Shown: piece by piece, positions 63,161 through 64,000 of the stretch | Layout: each line of letters begins with the position of its first letter | How positions within the stretch are numbered: the first letter of the stretch is position 1 | Source: Stegostoma tigrinum | Lineage: Eukaryota | Direction of reading: 5' to 3' | DNA length: 64,000 bases | Assembly (NCBI RefSeq): GCF_030684315.1 | Contig: NC_081387.1 | Span: forward strand, 5,560,497 to 5,624,496 | The notes under the pieces: model-generated | The model's input: the letters and a program-made list of their open reading frames with translations, nothing else | Told to the model about the DNA's origin: nothing | The model's database searches: none | Position numbers and translations under genes: made by a program

Positions 63161-64000
63161 GTGCCTATCTGTGTGTTCACAACTGAAGCACCTTGCGTGA
63201 GAGGTGGTGTCAGGACTCTTGAGCCTTCCACGAACGCCTCACATTTGAATAGAACTGAGTCAGTGGCTCATGAGGCTTGATGAATGGATGAAGCTCTTAC
63301 CACACTTGGATCCACTCACACTTCTTCAGCCTCCACTCTGACCGAACATCCACAGCCAAATCTTCAGATGGGCTGGTTCTGATGGAAGGTTCCACACTCT
63401 GATCAATTTCAGATGATATGTCAAAACCTCCCCTGACCCAAACAAACAATTTCCAGATGATGGTTTCACCGCCCAACCTTCTTTGTGTCAAGCAATTTAA
63501 AGGGACTGGATGTCTTCCCACTTTTGTGTAGTTGTTCCTTGGATGATGGTCAGGATCTCTGTGGTATCTATCCTCTCTGTATTCTCTGGTATAGTACAGT
63601 GCAATCCTTCTGTAAAACAAGAAAAGGAAACATGATTTATCCATCTCCATTTCCATCTCCTCCTTTGCTGAAGGGGCTGGCTCTCATTTGGAGACTGGCA
63701 CTCACTGTGGAACAGTTTGCTAATTCCCTGTGTGGAGGAGTCAGATACAAGGTCTTTCTGTTCCCTCACTTGTGTGATATCCTGTTTCCAGCAGGGACAC
63801 TGGATAGGGACAGTAATAGACAATGTCGCTACTTTCTTTCCTCACTCAACCTCCTCCCAAGCACAGTGAGGGCACAGAAAGAGAGAGTGGATATCGCGTG
63901 AACTGGCTTTCAATTCATGATAAGCTTGAGTCTTGACCTTTAGGAAATGCACTTGACAAAGTGATGCTCAGGTGAAAACGTTGATTCAATACGTTGAAAA

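Noticed and set aside
1-64000. CRISPR arrays, rRNA genes or true tRNA genes
   Set aside because: None seen. The tRNA-like boxes all belong to SINE heads, and the recurring short repeats are Penelope ends.

Overview
Repeat-dense vertebrate genomic DNA, almost certainly from a shark, judged by HE1/V-SINEs, CR1/HER1-like LINEs, Penelope-like elements and shark-type class I sequences. The minus strand carries two tandem paralogous non-classical MHC class I-like genes. Gene B appears complete: leader 49209-49158, alpha1 46909-46649, alpha2 40252-39977, alpha3 39872-39594, TM 26035-25919 and a probable cytoplasmic exon 19379-19348, about 338 aa. Gene A contributes only its leader and alpha1 exons (2790-2161) before running off the window. 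Gene B lacks both canonical alpha2 cysteines and most peptide N-terminus anchoring residues. Heavily decayed coding sequence of the very-large-GTPase family (GVIN1/VLIG/URGCP) lies inside and between these genes. The clearest piece is within an intron of gene B, and the ORF track misses most of it. Other contents are a C2H2 zinc-finger gene with eroded flanking fingers, a near full-length Tx1-like L1 element interrupted by a Penelope insertion, many Penelope-like elements with hammerhead ribozyme cores (often as inverted repeats), two solo LTRs, and CR1, RTE and SINE remnants. Family assignments come from manual translation and motif recall, not database searches. Repeat boundaries without a stated TSD are approximate.
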